Source of the DNA: Candidatus Babeliales bacterium
GTDB taxonomy: Bacteria; Babelota; Babeliae; Babelales; JANWKD01
Length of the DNA stretch: 64,000 bases
NCBI GenBank assembly: GCA_963722255.1
Contig: CAVRJO010000002.1
Location: 160,001-224,000 of the forward strand
Direction: 5' to 3'
In this document: in pieces, positions 1-9,230 of the stretch
Layout of the letters: every line of letters starts with the position of its first letter
How positions within the stretch are numbered: position 1 is the first letter of the stretch
The notes under the pieces: model-generated
Databases searched by the model: none
Told to the model about the DNA's origin: nothing
Seen by the model: the letters and a program-made list of their open reading frames with translations, nothing else
Translations under genes and position numbers: made by a program

Positions 1-858
1 CTTTTTACAAAAACTGATGAACAAATTTTTCAAGAAGCTTTTATTGCGTATCACCAAACCAAAAAAGAGTACAAAAAATTAAGAGAAGTTTGGATGCAAG
101 AGATTGCCTATCAAACCGATGAACATTTCTTAGCATCACTTCCCCTTGATGGTGCATCAACTATATATAATCTCGGTAGATCTTTAGAAGCTCTTGAAGA
201 ACATAAAAAAAAGATAGAAGAACGATTAATAGCATTTAAAAATGGAAAAAAATTAAACAGCCTTCTAGAAAGCCGCATGAAAAAATTACGTGATAACATT
301 AAAGTTTTACACAAGTCACTTAAGCCTATTCATTCATTTTTAGCAAAACACAGCGATTATTATCAACTTGTACAAGAACTACACACCATTAAAAAAACCT
401 ACTATAAAGAGATTACAGCGCTCGAACAAAACCGTTTTGATGAGCAAACAATACATAAACTCTTAACATCGCACATTATGAGTAATGCCGAAAACAATCG
501 CTATCCATATATTCATTATATTGAAAACTTATCAAACAGACTTAAAGAATTGATGCAAACCATGGATAGTTGTAAACACTCATATCCAAAGGTTGAGCGT
601 ACAGCACAGCAACTTAAAGAATATCTTGAGTGCATTCATTCATTAATTCTTATCCACAATGCTTACCATCTTGAATTACAAGAACGAGAACGGAATAGAT
701 TAAAAGAAGAAAAAATTGCGCTTGAAAAAGCAAAAGTAAAAGCACAACAGGATCAAGCACGAGCACTTGAAAAACAGAATTGGTTGCGCACCCAAGAAAT
801 TTATAATCAAGAAAAAATTTTGCGAAAGCTTGATAATTCCAATTCTTGTAAATACTAA
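1..858 (+). CDS. Hypothetical helical/coiled-coil protein, 5' partial
   Basis: Frame is open from position 1, so the ATG at 94 may be internal; K/E/Q-rich C-terminus; no recognisable motif. Confidence 0.7.
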   Translation, partial: LFTKTDEQIFQEAFIAYHQTKKEYKKLREVWMQEIAYQTDEHFLASLPLDGASTIYNLGRSLEALEEHKKKIEERLIAFKNGKKLNSLLESRMKKLRDNIKVLHKSLKPIHSFLAKHSDYYQLVQELHTIKKTYYKEITALEQNRFDEQTIHKLLTSHIMSNAENNRYPYIHYIENLSNRLKELMQTMDSCKHSYPKVERTAQQLKEYLECIHSLILIHNAYHLELQERERNRLKEEKIALEKAKVKAQQDQARALEKQNWLRTQEIYNQEKILRKLDNSNSCKY

Positions 859-923
859 GTGCGGGATCTTTACTTTGCTCATTTTTTCATTATGCTCTAC
901 AAAGAAATAGTAACTTTTTAAAA

Positions 924-1481
924 ATGAGAGAAACACATATGAATAATAAAACCGTTTTAAGCTATTGCCTCGGTGCATGTTTAGTTATTGCAACTACCGG
1001 CTGCAATTGTCAAAAAGACGAAACCAAAAATGAATCAATCAATCAGTCACCTATAGAAACAACCCAAGAATCAACCACTAAACCTCAGGATCAAAGCATT
1101 ATGAATACACCACAACGCGTTACCACACCATCAGGCCTTATCTATGTAATTATCAAAGAATCAAAAAATGATAAAAAGCCAACAAAAGGTTCTAACGTTA
1201 CGGTTCATTACACCGGTTGGTTAGCCGATGCGCAAGGAAATGCACGCCTTGATAAAAAATTTGATAGCAGCCGCGATCGTAATCAGCCCTTTCAATTTAC
1301 AATCGGCGTTGGTAAAGTTATTAAAGGGTGGGATGAAGGCGTCATGGATATGAAGATTGGCGAAAGACGACTTTTAATTATCCCAGCTTCACTAGCCTAT
1401 GGTAATCGTGCGGTTGGTGGAGATCTTATACCTGCTAATTCAACACTTGTTTTTGACGTTGAACTCATTGACGTTAAATAA
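924..1481 (+). CDS. fkpA: FKBP-type peptidyl-prolyl cis-trans isomerase, possible lipoprotein
   Basis: VTVHYTGWL, KFDSSRDR, VIKGWDEG, IPASLAYG and IPANSTLVFDVEL FKBP motifs; N-terminal hydrophobic stretch ending TTGC. Confidence 0.92.
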   Translation: MRETHMNNKTVLSYCLGACLVIATTGCNCQKDETKNESINQSPIETTQESTTKPQDQSIMNTPQRVTTPSGLIYVIIKESKNDKKPTKGSNVTVHYTGWLADAQGNARLDKKFDSSRDRNQPFQFTIGVGKVIKGWDEGVMDMKIGERRLLIIPASLAYGNRAVGGDLIPANSTLVFDVELIDVK

Positions 1482-1568
1482 TTTATTATAAAAGAGTTGC
1501 GTGTTTTAGTGTGATCTTTGTATGCTACGGTTGCTTTTATAAACAATCTTGCATAAAGTGAGTTACCA

Positions 1569-2291
1569 ATGGCACGCAATCTTCTTTTTTTTATATGCAT
1601 ACTCGGCACTTTAGAATCTACCTATCTTAATGGCATGGAATCACCCGAAGACACTGAATCTATTTATTCAAAATGGATACTACTCTTAGAAGACGAAGAT
1701 TATCAAACCGATACTATCTTACCTTTAACAACAGTCGAAAAACAAATTCGTAATACATTAGAATGGACTATAAAAAAAGGTGGCCCACCGAAAATTATCA
1801 AAAAACTTGCACCTCCAGAATTACATCCAAAACTATTACGAAAAGCTCGTTCAAATTTTATACAGATTAATGGAAAAAAATTTGCACTTGAAACGGCGAT
1901 TTTACAAAATAATCTCAATTTTATAAAAGCTCTTCTTTCACAAACGGACGATAACTCTTTCAAGGCAATGGCATTTTCCTTTGCATTACTTCATGGCAAA
2001 CGCAAAACAGTGCAATTCCTTGCTCATACGACGCCAGAACTCATTAACCAAAGCACTATGTCTATAGTGTATGATTTGATTTCAAAAACCGTACAAGAAG
2101 AGTCTATTAGACCACTTAAATTACTCTTCAAAGACATTACTATTTTTGATCCTTTTCAACGTGAACGCATAATTATCTATGGACTACAAGAATCCGAAAA
2201 ATCTAATTTTACACGCGGAACGCTTTTTTTTAAAAAGCAACAACAAATAGCTGAAAAGACACAGGGTATTTTCATGAGAAATACCCTGTAA
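1569..2291 (+). CDS. Secreted protein with degenerate ankyrin-like repeats
   Basis: Signal peptide ending LNG-MES; ALETAILQNNLNFIKALL and AFSFALLHGKRKTVQFL resemble ankyrin helices. Confidence 0.55.
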   Translation: MARNLLFFICILGTLESTYLNGMESPEDTESIYSKWILLLEDEDYQTDTILPLTTVEKQIRNTLEWTIKKGGPPKIIKKLAPPELHPKLLRKARSNFIQINGKKFALETAILQNNLNFIKALLSQTDDNSFKAMAFSFALLHGKRKTVQFLAHTTPELINQSTMSIVYDLISKTVQEESIRPLKLLFKDITIFDPFQRERIIIYGLQESEKSNFTRGTLFFKKQQQIAEKTQGIFMRNTL

Positions 2292-2379
2292 ACTCATACT
2301 TGACAATTCTTATAAATAGCATATAATAATTACTAATATATAATTTTATTTGAAAATAATACTATTTTAGGGGTAATTT

Positions 2380-3003
2380 ATGAATTATAAGAAAGCTATT
2401 ATTGTACTAGGATTTGGTCTTTTAGCAGTACAATGTGAAAAGATACAAGGGATGGAGCAGGGACAAAACTCATACCTTAACGCTTTGCTCGGTAAATTTA
2501 CTCATACTATAAAACCAGAGTTCACTTTTAGGGCACAATTTTGTACTGAAACTGAAAAAATTCTTTCCATTATAAAAAATCATTTTTTAGTTGAAAGAAA
2601 TGAAGATCAAAATCAAATTTCTACTGATACTGATTATGCACCAGATGACAGTGAAATTAAACCTACAGAATATATTTGTACTGCATTTGATAATTTTGAT
2701 TTTACTAATTTTGTTTTTCAACTATATAATGCAGGGTACAATAACTCACATGATGCATTAAGAAAAGAAAACAATGAACTTGCACAAGCTAATGAAGAGC
2801 TAAATGCACAAAATATTCATTTAAATAATCGACTTCAAAAAAGATTTAAATACGCAGAAACAATTGAACAACCAGTGCTAAGAGAAACGATCAGAAATCC
2901 TAAAAAACCAAAATCATTATTTTGGAATAATGTGGGATTTATCGGTTTGGGTGCAGGAATTGCTAGCATAGGAATATGGTCTTATTTACATTTTACAAAG
3001 TAA
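2380..3003 (+). CDS. Hypothetical secreted protein with short coiled coil and C-terminal TM helix
   Basis: Signal peptide ending IQG-MEQ; C-terminal VGFIGLGAGIASIGIWSYL; GGGG upstream as RBS. Confidence 0.7.
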   Translation: MNYKKAIIVLGFGLLAVQCEKIQGMEQGQNSYLNALLGKFTHTIKPEFTFRAQFCTETEKILSIIKNHFLVERNEDQNQISTDTDYAPDDSEIKPTEYICTAFDNFDFTNFVFQLYNAGYNNSHDALRKENNELAQANEELNAQNIHLNNRLQKRFKYAETIEQPVLRETIRNPKKPKSLFWNNVGFIGLGAGIASIGIWSYLHFTK

Positions 3004-3081
3004 GTTAAAGATCATCATACAATGTTTTGCTTATTAATTTGAATACAATATAGGAATCAGACTAAATTTCAGTGAGAAGAA

Positions 3082-3181
3082 TGTCATCACAAGGGCCTCA
3101 AAGAGGTCCGTGGTGACCCAGTAATAAAAATAAAAAATGAACTATTTATCCACTGGGTTGCTTCGCAAGCTCGCAATGACA
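3082..3181. repeat. Palindromic REP/RPE-like repeat, copy 1
   Basis: TGTCAT...ATGACA ends and internal hairpins; 3081-3129 is near-identical to the reverse complement of 18002-18050. Confidence 0.75.
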
Positions 3182-3269
3182 ATCTTAAATTTATTGTTCT
3201 CTAAAAGTATCTTTTTTGCATTGCTTTTTTATGCCTAGATCCCACCGTTTTCGCTTCGTTAAAACCTAA

Positions 3270-3410
3270 GGATGACATCTTGCCAAGGGAAGAATTATAA
3301 CTATCTCTCCGATAGTGCATCGTGCACCCGAAATCTTGAGGCAAAGCCTCAATGATGTGTGGTGCATATACGCACGGAAGAGGAATCCAAGGGAACATTG
3401 GTGTCCTTTT
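3270..3410. ncRNA. Candidate structured RNA (long rod-like hairpin)
   Basis: Nested pairings ctctccg/cggaagag, gtgcacc/ggtgcat and ttgaggc/gcctcaa, GC-rich within AT-rich intergenic DNA; family not recognised. Confidence 0.35.
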
Positions 3411-3445
3411 GGTTATTAGGTATTTTTGACATTCAAAATACTTAA

Positions 3446-4378
3446 TTATTTATTCTCTTTTATATATCTCTCAGCATCCAAAGCAGCCATACAACCAGCT
3501 CCAGCAGAAGTAATTGCTTGGCGATAGCGATAATCAGAAACATCACCGGCACCAAAAACACCAGGAACCGAGGTATGCGTATAATTTGTTAATTTTAAAT
3601 AACCATTTTTCTCTAACTCAAGCTGACCTTTAAAAAGTTCTGTAGCAGGATTTAATCCAATTGCAACAAACGCAGCACTCACCGTGATCTCTTTTTGCTC
3701 TTTTGTTTTTTGGTTAGTAATAACAACACTCGTTACATGCTTGCCATCACCCTTCATCTCAGTTACCGTGCTTTCATACATAATCTTAATTTTTGGATTA
3801 TTAACCACACGTTCTTGCATAGCTGCTGACGCCGTTAACTTATCTAAAATATGCACAAGAGTAATTTGATCGGTAAAATTAGTCATAAATGAAGCATCTT
3901 CCATTGCCGTGTCGCCACCACCAATAATAATAACCGGTTTGTCTTTATAAAATGCACCATCACAAACAGCACAGGTTGTAACACCCTTTCCCCAATACTG
4001 ATCTTCACCGGGACATCCAAGCCGCTTATATCGTGCTCCTGTAGCAATGATAACAGAATGCGTTTGCACTTCTGTATTATTTGAAAGAAACAGCGTAAAA
4101 GGTTTTTGTTTAAAATCAACACGAGTGACTGATGCTTGAAGTATACTACATCCCAATTGTTTCGCTTGTTCGCGCATGTCAATCATTAATTTGGGTCCTA
4201 AAATCGAACGCGTGCCGGGCCAATTTTCAACAAACGTTGTGCCCATAAGTTGCCCACCCGGTTCTTTTCCTTCAATAATAATAGGATTAAGATTAGCGCG
4301 TGCAGCATAAATGCCCGCAGTCAAACCAGCTGGTCCTGAACCGATAATAACAAGATTAGCAATTGAGTTCTCTTTCAT
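3446..4378 (-). CDS. trxB: Thioredoxin-disulfide reductase
   Basis: IIGSGPAGLTA, GGQL, CAVC active site, GGGDTAMEDA and RQAITSAGAGCMAA motifs. Confidence 0.97.
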   Translation of the reverse strand: MKENSIANLVIIGSGPAGLTAGIYAARANLNPIIIEGKEPGGQLMGTTFVENWPGTRSILGPKLMIDMREQAKQLGCSILQASVTRVDFKQKPFTLFLSNNTEVQTHSVIIATGARYKRLGCPGEDQYWGKGVTTCAVCDGAFYKDKPVIIIGGGDTAMEDASFMTNFTDQITLVHILDKLTASAAMQERVVNNPKIKIMYESTVTEMKGDGKHVTSVVITNQKTKEQKEITVSAAFVAIGLNPATELFKGQLELEKNGYLKLTNYTHTSVPGVFGAGDVSDYRYRQAITSAGAGCMAALDAERYIKENK

Positions 4379-4380
4379 AG

Positions 4381-5688
4381 CTATTTTTTCGTTAAATTAT
4401 GAATTATATGATTAAATGTCATCTCACGTAGGCCGCATTGTGCCAAAATTACTGCAGACGACAAAGGTATTTCTTGACCATCTAGTTTAGTAGTTGGAAG
4501 ATTAAAGTAAACAAATTCTTTTGTGCGTGGTCGATTTATTAAATTTAAATACCCTTTTAAATCATTGGGCCGTAACACGATGTTTTCATGAAACATAATT
4601 TGGTCGATCAACAACATCTCTTTTGCCTGTTTAAGTGCCAATTGACGAATCTGTTCTTTGAAATTAGGTTGTGTTTTATAGACTTGATAATCGGGATTTG
4701 CCGTTACTGCCTCTAGAACAATTTTTTGCTGTCGTAAAACTAACGAATTTGGCACATCAAAGGGTATTTTCGAAAGAAGCATTTTAAATGCTTCTTCAGC
4801 TATTGCTCTGCGCAATGACAAATCATTACGATATGAAAAAACTTCAATAAGTTTTTGATGAACTTCTTTATTAGATTTTAAACGAAAGTGGTGTTTAAAA
4901 TGGTCAAAAGAAAAAAAAGCGTGGTGAACAACGTCAACTATGTGAATATAAAAAAGACAATTCGTGTTTATAACCGTTGCAAAATATTCTTGAAAACATT
5001 TTTCATCGCTATAAAATAAATCATTTTTCTTTTTTCCGACAAAGACCTCTTGAAAGGGAATATCGGCTTCCTCATTACCAATTTTTAACCATAGATTTTC
5101 TTTATACTGAGCCAACGGATTTTTTGAATCTTCTTCAGTGAGTGCAATATCAAAACAGACCCAATCACCAATGCTCACTACATCAAAACCCTGATGCTTT
5201 TTCATATTGACCTGCTCATCTTTAATAAAAGATTCTACTTGCCGATCAATATCCTTATAATTTTTTCTTTTTGGTGCTTTAAAGGGCAACATCTTCCAAC
5301 GACTTACATCCATTGAAGGAACCAAGGAGAGTTCAAAATGAAATTCAGCATCATCTGAATCAAGAACTATATCATGCAAGCGCGGATCGCCGGCAATCAA
5401 CATTTTTTTAGAGAAAAGTTCTTTATACAAAAAACCTAAAACATAATATTTAAAAAGGAATTCTTTGACGTGATCGAGCAAACTCGCTTTATAATTTTGC
5501 TCAATATATTGAAGAGGAGTTGCACCCTTTGCAAATCCATACGTATGAATTTCGTTTTTTTGTGCAAGCGAAGCGTGCCGATAAACACTTGCAACAAAGA
5601 TTTTAGGTACTATAACAATTACTTTAGCGAAACTAGATTGAATATACTCAACCTGCAATTTTAGTGCTTCATTAATTGCCGGATTCAT
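4381..5688 (-). CDS. tig: Trigger factor (divergent)
   Basis: 435 aa; GFAKGATP resembles the GFRxGxxP ribosome-binding loop; GDWVCFD FKBP-like start; helical C-terminal domain. Confidence 0.75.
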   Translation of the reverse strand: MNPAINEALKLQVEYIQSSFAKVIVIVPKIFVASVYRHASLAQKNEIHTYGFAKGATPLQYIEQNYKASLLDHVKEFLFKYYVLGFLYKELFSKKMLIAGDPRLHDIVLDSDDAEFHFELSLVPSMDVSRWKMLPFKAPKRKNYKDIDRQVESFIKDEQVNMKKHQGFDVVSIGDWVCFDIALTEEDSKNPLAQYKENLWLKIGNEEADIPFQEVFVGKKKNDLFYSDEKCFQEYFATVINTNCLFYIHIVDVVHHAFFSFDHFKHHFRLKSNKEVHQKLIEVFSYRNDLSLRRAIAEEAFKMLLSKIPFDVPNSLVLRQQKIVLEAVTANPDYQVYKTQPNFKEQIRQLALKQAKEMLLIDQIMFHENIVLRPNDLKGYLNLINRPRTKEFVYFNLPTTKLDGQEIPLSSAVILAQCGLREMTFNHIIHNLTKK

Positions 5689-5736
5689 GGTACATCTCTC
5701 CTTTTTATTCTTTAATTGGCTGCTTCAGGTATAGTC

Positions 5737-5865
5737 GTCCAGCCTTCGTTTATCCGGGTCTTCAGACTCGGCAAACTTCGGCGGACAGCCTACTTCAATT
5801 TTCTATTAATATATTTCAATCCATTTGAAAATGGTGTAGCCAGCCGAAGCCTTGGCGTAGGCTGG
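5737..5865 (-). repeat. tRNA 3' trailer element after tRNA-Leu(TAG)
   Basis: Transcript reads CCAGC-CUACG-CCAAGG-CUUCG-GCUGG, plus a second CTTCG hairpin unit in the opposite orientation. Confidence 0.7.
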
Positions 5866-5949
5866 TGCAAGAGAAGGGACTCGAACCCCCACTCCCTTTC
5901 GGGAACTGGATCCTAAGTCCAGCGCGTCTACCAATTCCGCCACTCTTGC
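5863..5949 (-). tRNA. tRNA-Leu(TAG)
   Basis: GCAAGAGTGGCGGAATTGGTAGACGCGCTGGACTTAGGATCCAG...GGTTCGAGTCCCTTCTCTTGCACCA; long variable arm, encoded CCA. Confidence 0.97.
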
Positions 5950-6009
5950 GTAATTCATTTCAAAGATTCGTTCCTACTTCGCTCCTTCGAGCTACAGGCT
6001 TTTCAAGTA

Positions 6010-6146
6010 GTCCATTCTTCGCTTTTAGCGTAAAACTTCGAAGTCTTATAAAGCTACGAAGGACAATCTTCGCTCCTTTTGTTGGCGTCAGCCAATCGTA
6101 GCCGTAGGTCCACTTCGTAGTAGCAACCCACGTAGGCGAAGATTGG
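6010..6146 (-). repeat. tRNA 3' trailer element after tRNA-Lys
   Basis: Clearly homologous to 55236-55371; CTTCG/CTACG hairpins. Confidence 0.8.
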
Positions 6147-6219
6147 TGGGCCGCATTGGAATCGAACCAATAACCTGCAGATTAAGAGTCTGTCGCTCTA
6201 CCAATTGAGCTAGCAGCCC
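6144..6219 (-). tRNA. tRNA-Lys(CTT)
   Basis: GGGCTGCTAGCTCAATTGGTAGAGCGACAGACTCTTAATCTGC...GGTTCGATTCCAATGCGGCCCACCA. Confidence 0.96.
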
Positions 6220-6290
6220 TCAACAAAAAATTTCAAAGCTTTCATAAACCACTACAAAAGTGTACCATATCGTAAAATAAAAAAAAGAGT

Positions 6291-6875
6291 TTAAACCGTT
6301 TTTATTTCATTTTCTTTTTTTTGAGCCATTTGCTCAACAACAAGAATAAACTTATCGGTAATTTTTTGTAAAACATCAGCAAGACGACGTCCATGATCCT
6401 CTGATATCTTTTTACTTTTTTCAGTATCTCTTACAAGATTATGAAAATCTTTTCGAACGTTTCTAATCGAAATACGTGCTTCTTCCAGCTTTTTATGTAA
6501 AATTTTTACTAATTCATCTCGTCGAGATGTAGATATTTCCGGAAGCCGAAGACGTATTAAATTTCCATCATTAAAAGGAGTTATTCCCAAATCAGAATTA
6601 GAAATTGCTTTTTCAATTTCAGGAATCAACGATTTGTCCCATGGCTCAATAACTAACATACGAGCTTCGGGCGCGGAAATAAGCGCAATTTCTTTTAATC
6701 CACGCAAGGTATCATAACAGTTTACCTTTATACTTTCCACTAAAGCCGGATGTGCTCTACCCGTTCTAATCGTTATTAATTCACGTTCAAAATGCTTAAC
6801 TGCTTTATCCATTTCGCTTTGTAAGGCAGTCTCAAACTCTTTAATATTACTGTCAGTTAATTTTAATTCTATCAT
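6291..6875 (-). CDS. frr: Ribosome recycling factor
   Basis: IRTGRAHP, IEPWDKS, IEKAISNSDLGITP and ARISIRNVRKD motifs; downstream of pyrH. Confidence 0.97.
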   Translation of the reverse strand: MIELKLTDSNIKEFETALQSEMDKAVKHFERELITIRTGRAHPALVESIKVNCYDTLRGLKEIALISAPEARMLVIEPWDKSLIPEIEKAISNSDLGITPFNDGNLIRLRLPEISTSRRDELVKILHKKLEEARISIRNVRKDFHNLVRDTEKSKKISEDHGRRLADVLQKITDKFILVVEQMAQKKENEIKTV

Positions 6876-6906
6876 ATGCCCATAATCCTCAATCGTTATA
6901 GTAGTA

Positions 6907-7620
6907 CTAAATATTTTCTACAATAGTTCCAAAATGCATATTTGTTGCAGCTTCAATAAGTGCATTATCCTTAAAAATATTAAAAACACGAATTTTCATT
7001 CCTGTATCTTTTGCTAATGCAAATGCCGTAGCATCAAGAATTTTTAAATTTTGCGCTAAAGCGTCTTGATAGCTTATTTGCTTTAATAAATGCGCATCAC
7101 TCACTTGTCGAGGATCAGCATCAAAAATACCGTCAACATTGGTTCCTTTCCAAACACAGTCAGCACCAATTTGTAAACCACGCACAATTGCTGTTGTATC
7201 AGTACTAAAAAACGGATTCCCCGTCCCACCAGCAAAGATAAGATAATCTCCACGATCAATGGCTTTTTTTATATTTTGCGCAGATGTTGCAATGCCAATT
7301 TCTGTTGAGGCCATTGCTGAAAATAAGGTTGTTGATAAACCTACTTGTTCAAAAAGGTCTTTTATAATCAATCCATTCATCAAGGTGGCAACCATACCAA
7401 CTTGATGCCCAACGGCAGGCGAAAGACCAAGCTGAACACCTTGTTTATTGCCTCGAAAAAAATTTCCGCCACCAATAACAATACCAAAATGATGCGTAGA
7501 CTGTAACTGAATCATTTGCTGAGCAATGTTTTTAACGAGAGATCCATCGAGCCTGCCCATCTGATTATTCTTAAGCAGTTCCCCTGTAAGTTTTAATAAA
7601 ATAATTTGTTTTGACTTCAT
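6907..7620 (-). CDS. pyrH: UMP kinase
   Basis: LLKLTGE, VIGGGNFFRG and GGTGNPFFSTDT motifs; tsf-pyrH-frr synteny. Confidence 0.96.
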   Translation of the reverse strand: MKSKQIILLKLTGELLKNNQMGRLDGSLVKNIAQQMIQLQSTHHFGIVIGGGNFFRGNKQGVQLGLSPAVGHQVGMVATLMNGLIIKDLFEQVGLSTTLFSAMASTEIGIATSAQNIKKAIDRGDYLIFAGGTGNPFFSTDTTAIVRGLQIGADCVWKGTNVDGIFDADPRQVSDAHLLKQISYQDALAQNLKILDATAFALAKDTGMKIRVFNIFKDNALIEAATNMHFGTIVENI

Positions 7621-7646
7621 ATGATCTCAAGAGCTCACTGCTATGT

Positions 7647-8243
7647 TTAACTACCAATTTCAAAACGAGCAAAACGCTTGATTTTGATATTTTCACCCAA
7701 TTTGGCGATAAGATCTTTCAAGACATCATCAATGGTCATTTTATCATTTTTAACAAAAGGTTGTTGCATTAAGCAAATTTCTGTATATAATTTTGAGATT
7801 TTACCCTCAAGAATCTGTTCTACGATCTTTTCAGGCTTACCGGATGCAGCCAGTTGTTCTCTAAAAATTGAACGTTCTTTTTCAAGAAATGCTGAATCAA
7901 CCTCTTCAGGAGAAACATACTGAGGTTTCATCGCAGCAATGTGTAAACATATATCAGCAGCAAATTGCTTTAATGCATCGGTACGAGCAACAAAATCAGT
8001 TTCGCAATTAATCTCTAAAAGAACCCCAATTCGACTTCCGGGATGGATATAGGCATGTACAAGACCTTCAATGGTAACATTTCCAGATCTTTTAGCTGCA
8101 ATGGCCGCACCTTTTTTGCGCAAAAGTTCGATTGCTTTTTCAATATCGCCATTACTTTCTGTAAGAGCCTTTTTACAATCCATCATTCCTACGCCTGTTT
8201 TATCGCGTAGTTGCTGGATTAATTCCATCGTTATTGTTGACAT
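7647..8243 (-). CDS. tsf: Elongation factor Ts (short form)
   Basis: LRDKTGVGMMDCKKAL and EINCETDFVA motifs. Confidence 0.97.
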   Translation of the reverse strand: MSTITMELIQQLRDKTGVGMMDCKKALTESNGDIEKAIELLRKKGAAIAAKRSGNVTIEGLVHAYIHPGSRIGVLLEINCETDFVARTDALKQFAADICLHIAAMKPQYVSPEEVDSAFLEKERSIFREQLAASGKPEKIVEQILEGKISKLYTEICLMQQPFVKNDKMTIDDVLKDLIAKLGENIKIKRFARFEIGS

Positions 8244-8324
8244 AAGAAACTCCTAAAAATTATCATTAATAAATTTTCTATAGTTTCTAGTTTGCCAAAA
8301 CTATTGTATTTATCAATATTAAGG

Positions 8325-9230
8325 TTAGTAAGACAGAAGTGCCTGAAGCTTAGAACAATCGGCTTCAATTCTTTTAATATCACCCGGTCTGACTGGTTGA
8401 AATATAATCTCTTGATTATACTGTGGAAATTCATGCTGAAGCTTATGAACCACCTCTAAAAGAGTAACACTTTTGCCGGATGCTACATTAACTATTTCAC
8501 CGGAGACTTTCTCAGCTGACAACATACCAACAGCCATATTTGCTTCAACTACCGTATGAACCGACACAAAATCGCGGCTTTGCAAACCATCGCCATAGAG
8601 TATAATCGGTTTATTATGCCTCATATTATAGTTAAATCGAGCAATTGCTGCAGCATAAGCTCCTAATGCATCCTGACGTTCTCCATAAACATTAAAATAT
8701 CTCAAACAAACCGTCTCAAGATTAAAAAAAGTTGTATAATTTTTACACAACTCTTCACCTATTTTTTTTGAAACTCCGTAAATTGAAGTAGGATTACAGG
8801 GAAGATTTTCTGTGCATCGCCCCTCCCGCTCTCCGTAGACTGCTGATGAGGATGAAAAAACAAATCGTTTAACCTTATGACTTAAGGCCGCCTGCAAAAG
8901 AGTATAGGTTCCTTGAACATTCACCGTATAGGAATATAACGGATCTTCCATTGATTGAGGAACTGAGGTTTGAGCTGCGCAATGAAAAACTATATGTTGG
9001 TTTTGTAATGCACGATTACACGTTTGCCTATCGGTTATTGAACCCCCAATAAGCGTTATTCTATCAGCAACCGAAGCAAGATTTGCTAGAGTCCCTGTTG
9101 AAAAATCATCAAGCACCGTTACAAGTGCGCCAGCAGCAATTAAAGCTTCAACCAGATGTGAGCCAATAAATCCTGCACCACCGGTCACCAGAACCTTACA
9201 ATTGGTATATGATGAAGAGAAATGATTCAT
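8325..9230 (-). CDS. NAD-dependent nucleotide-sugar epimerase/dehydratase
   Basis: VLVTGGAGFIGSHL, SSSAVYG, YGVSK (YxxxK), LRYFNVYG and GDGLQSRDFV motifs. Confidence 0.93.
   Translation of the reverse strand: MNHFSSSYTNCKVLVTGGAGFIGSHLVEALIAAGALVTVLDDFSTGTLANLASVADRITLIGGSITDRQTCNRALQNQHIVFHCAAQTSVPQSMEDPLYSYTVNVQGTYTLLQAALSHKVKRFVFSSSSAVYGEREGRCTENLPCNPTSIYGVSKKIGEELCKNYTTFFNLETVCLRYFNVYGERQDALGAYAAAIARFNYNMRHNKPIILYGDGLQSRDFVSVHTVVEANMAVGMLSAEKVSGEIVNVASGKSVTLLEVVHKLQHEFPQYNQEIIFQPVRPGDIKRIEADCSKLQALLSY

Noticed and set aside
3201..3398. 65-aa ORF
   Set aside because: Coincides with palindromic and hairpin DNA; structure explains the composition better.
5716..6101. Short ORFs 5716-5916 and 5865-6101
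   Set aside because: They overlap tRNA-Leu and the trailer repeats on the opposite strand.
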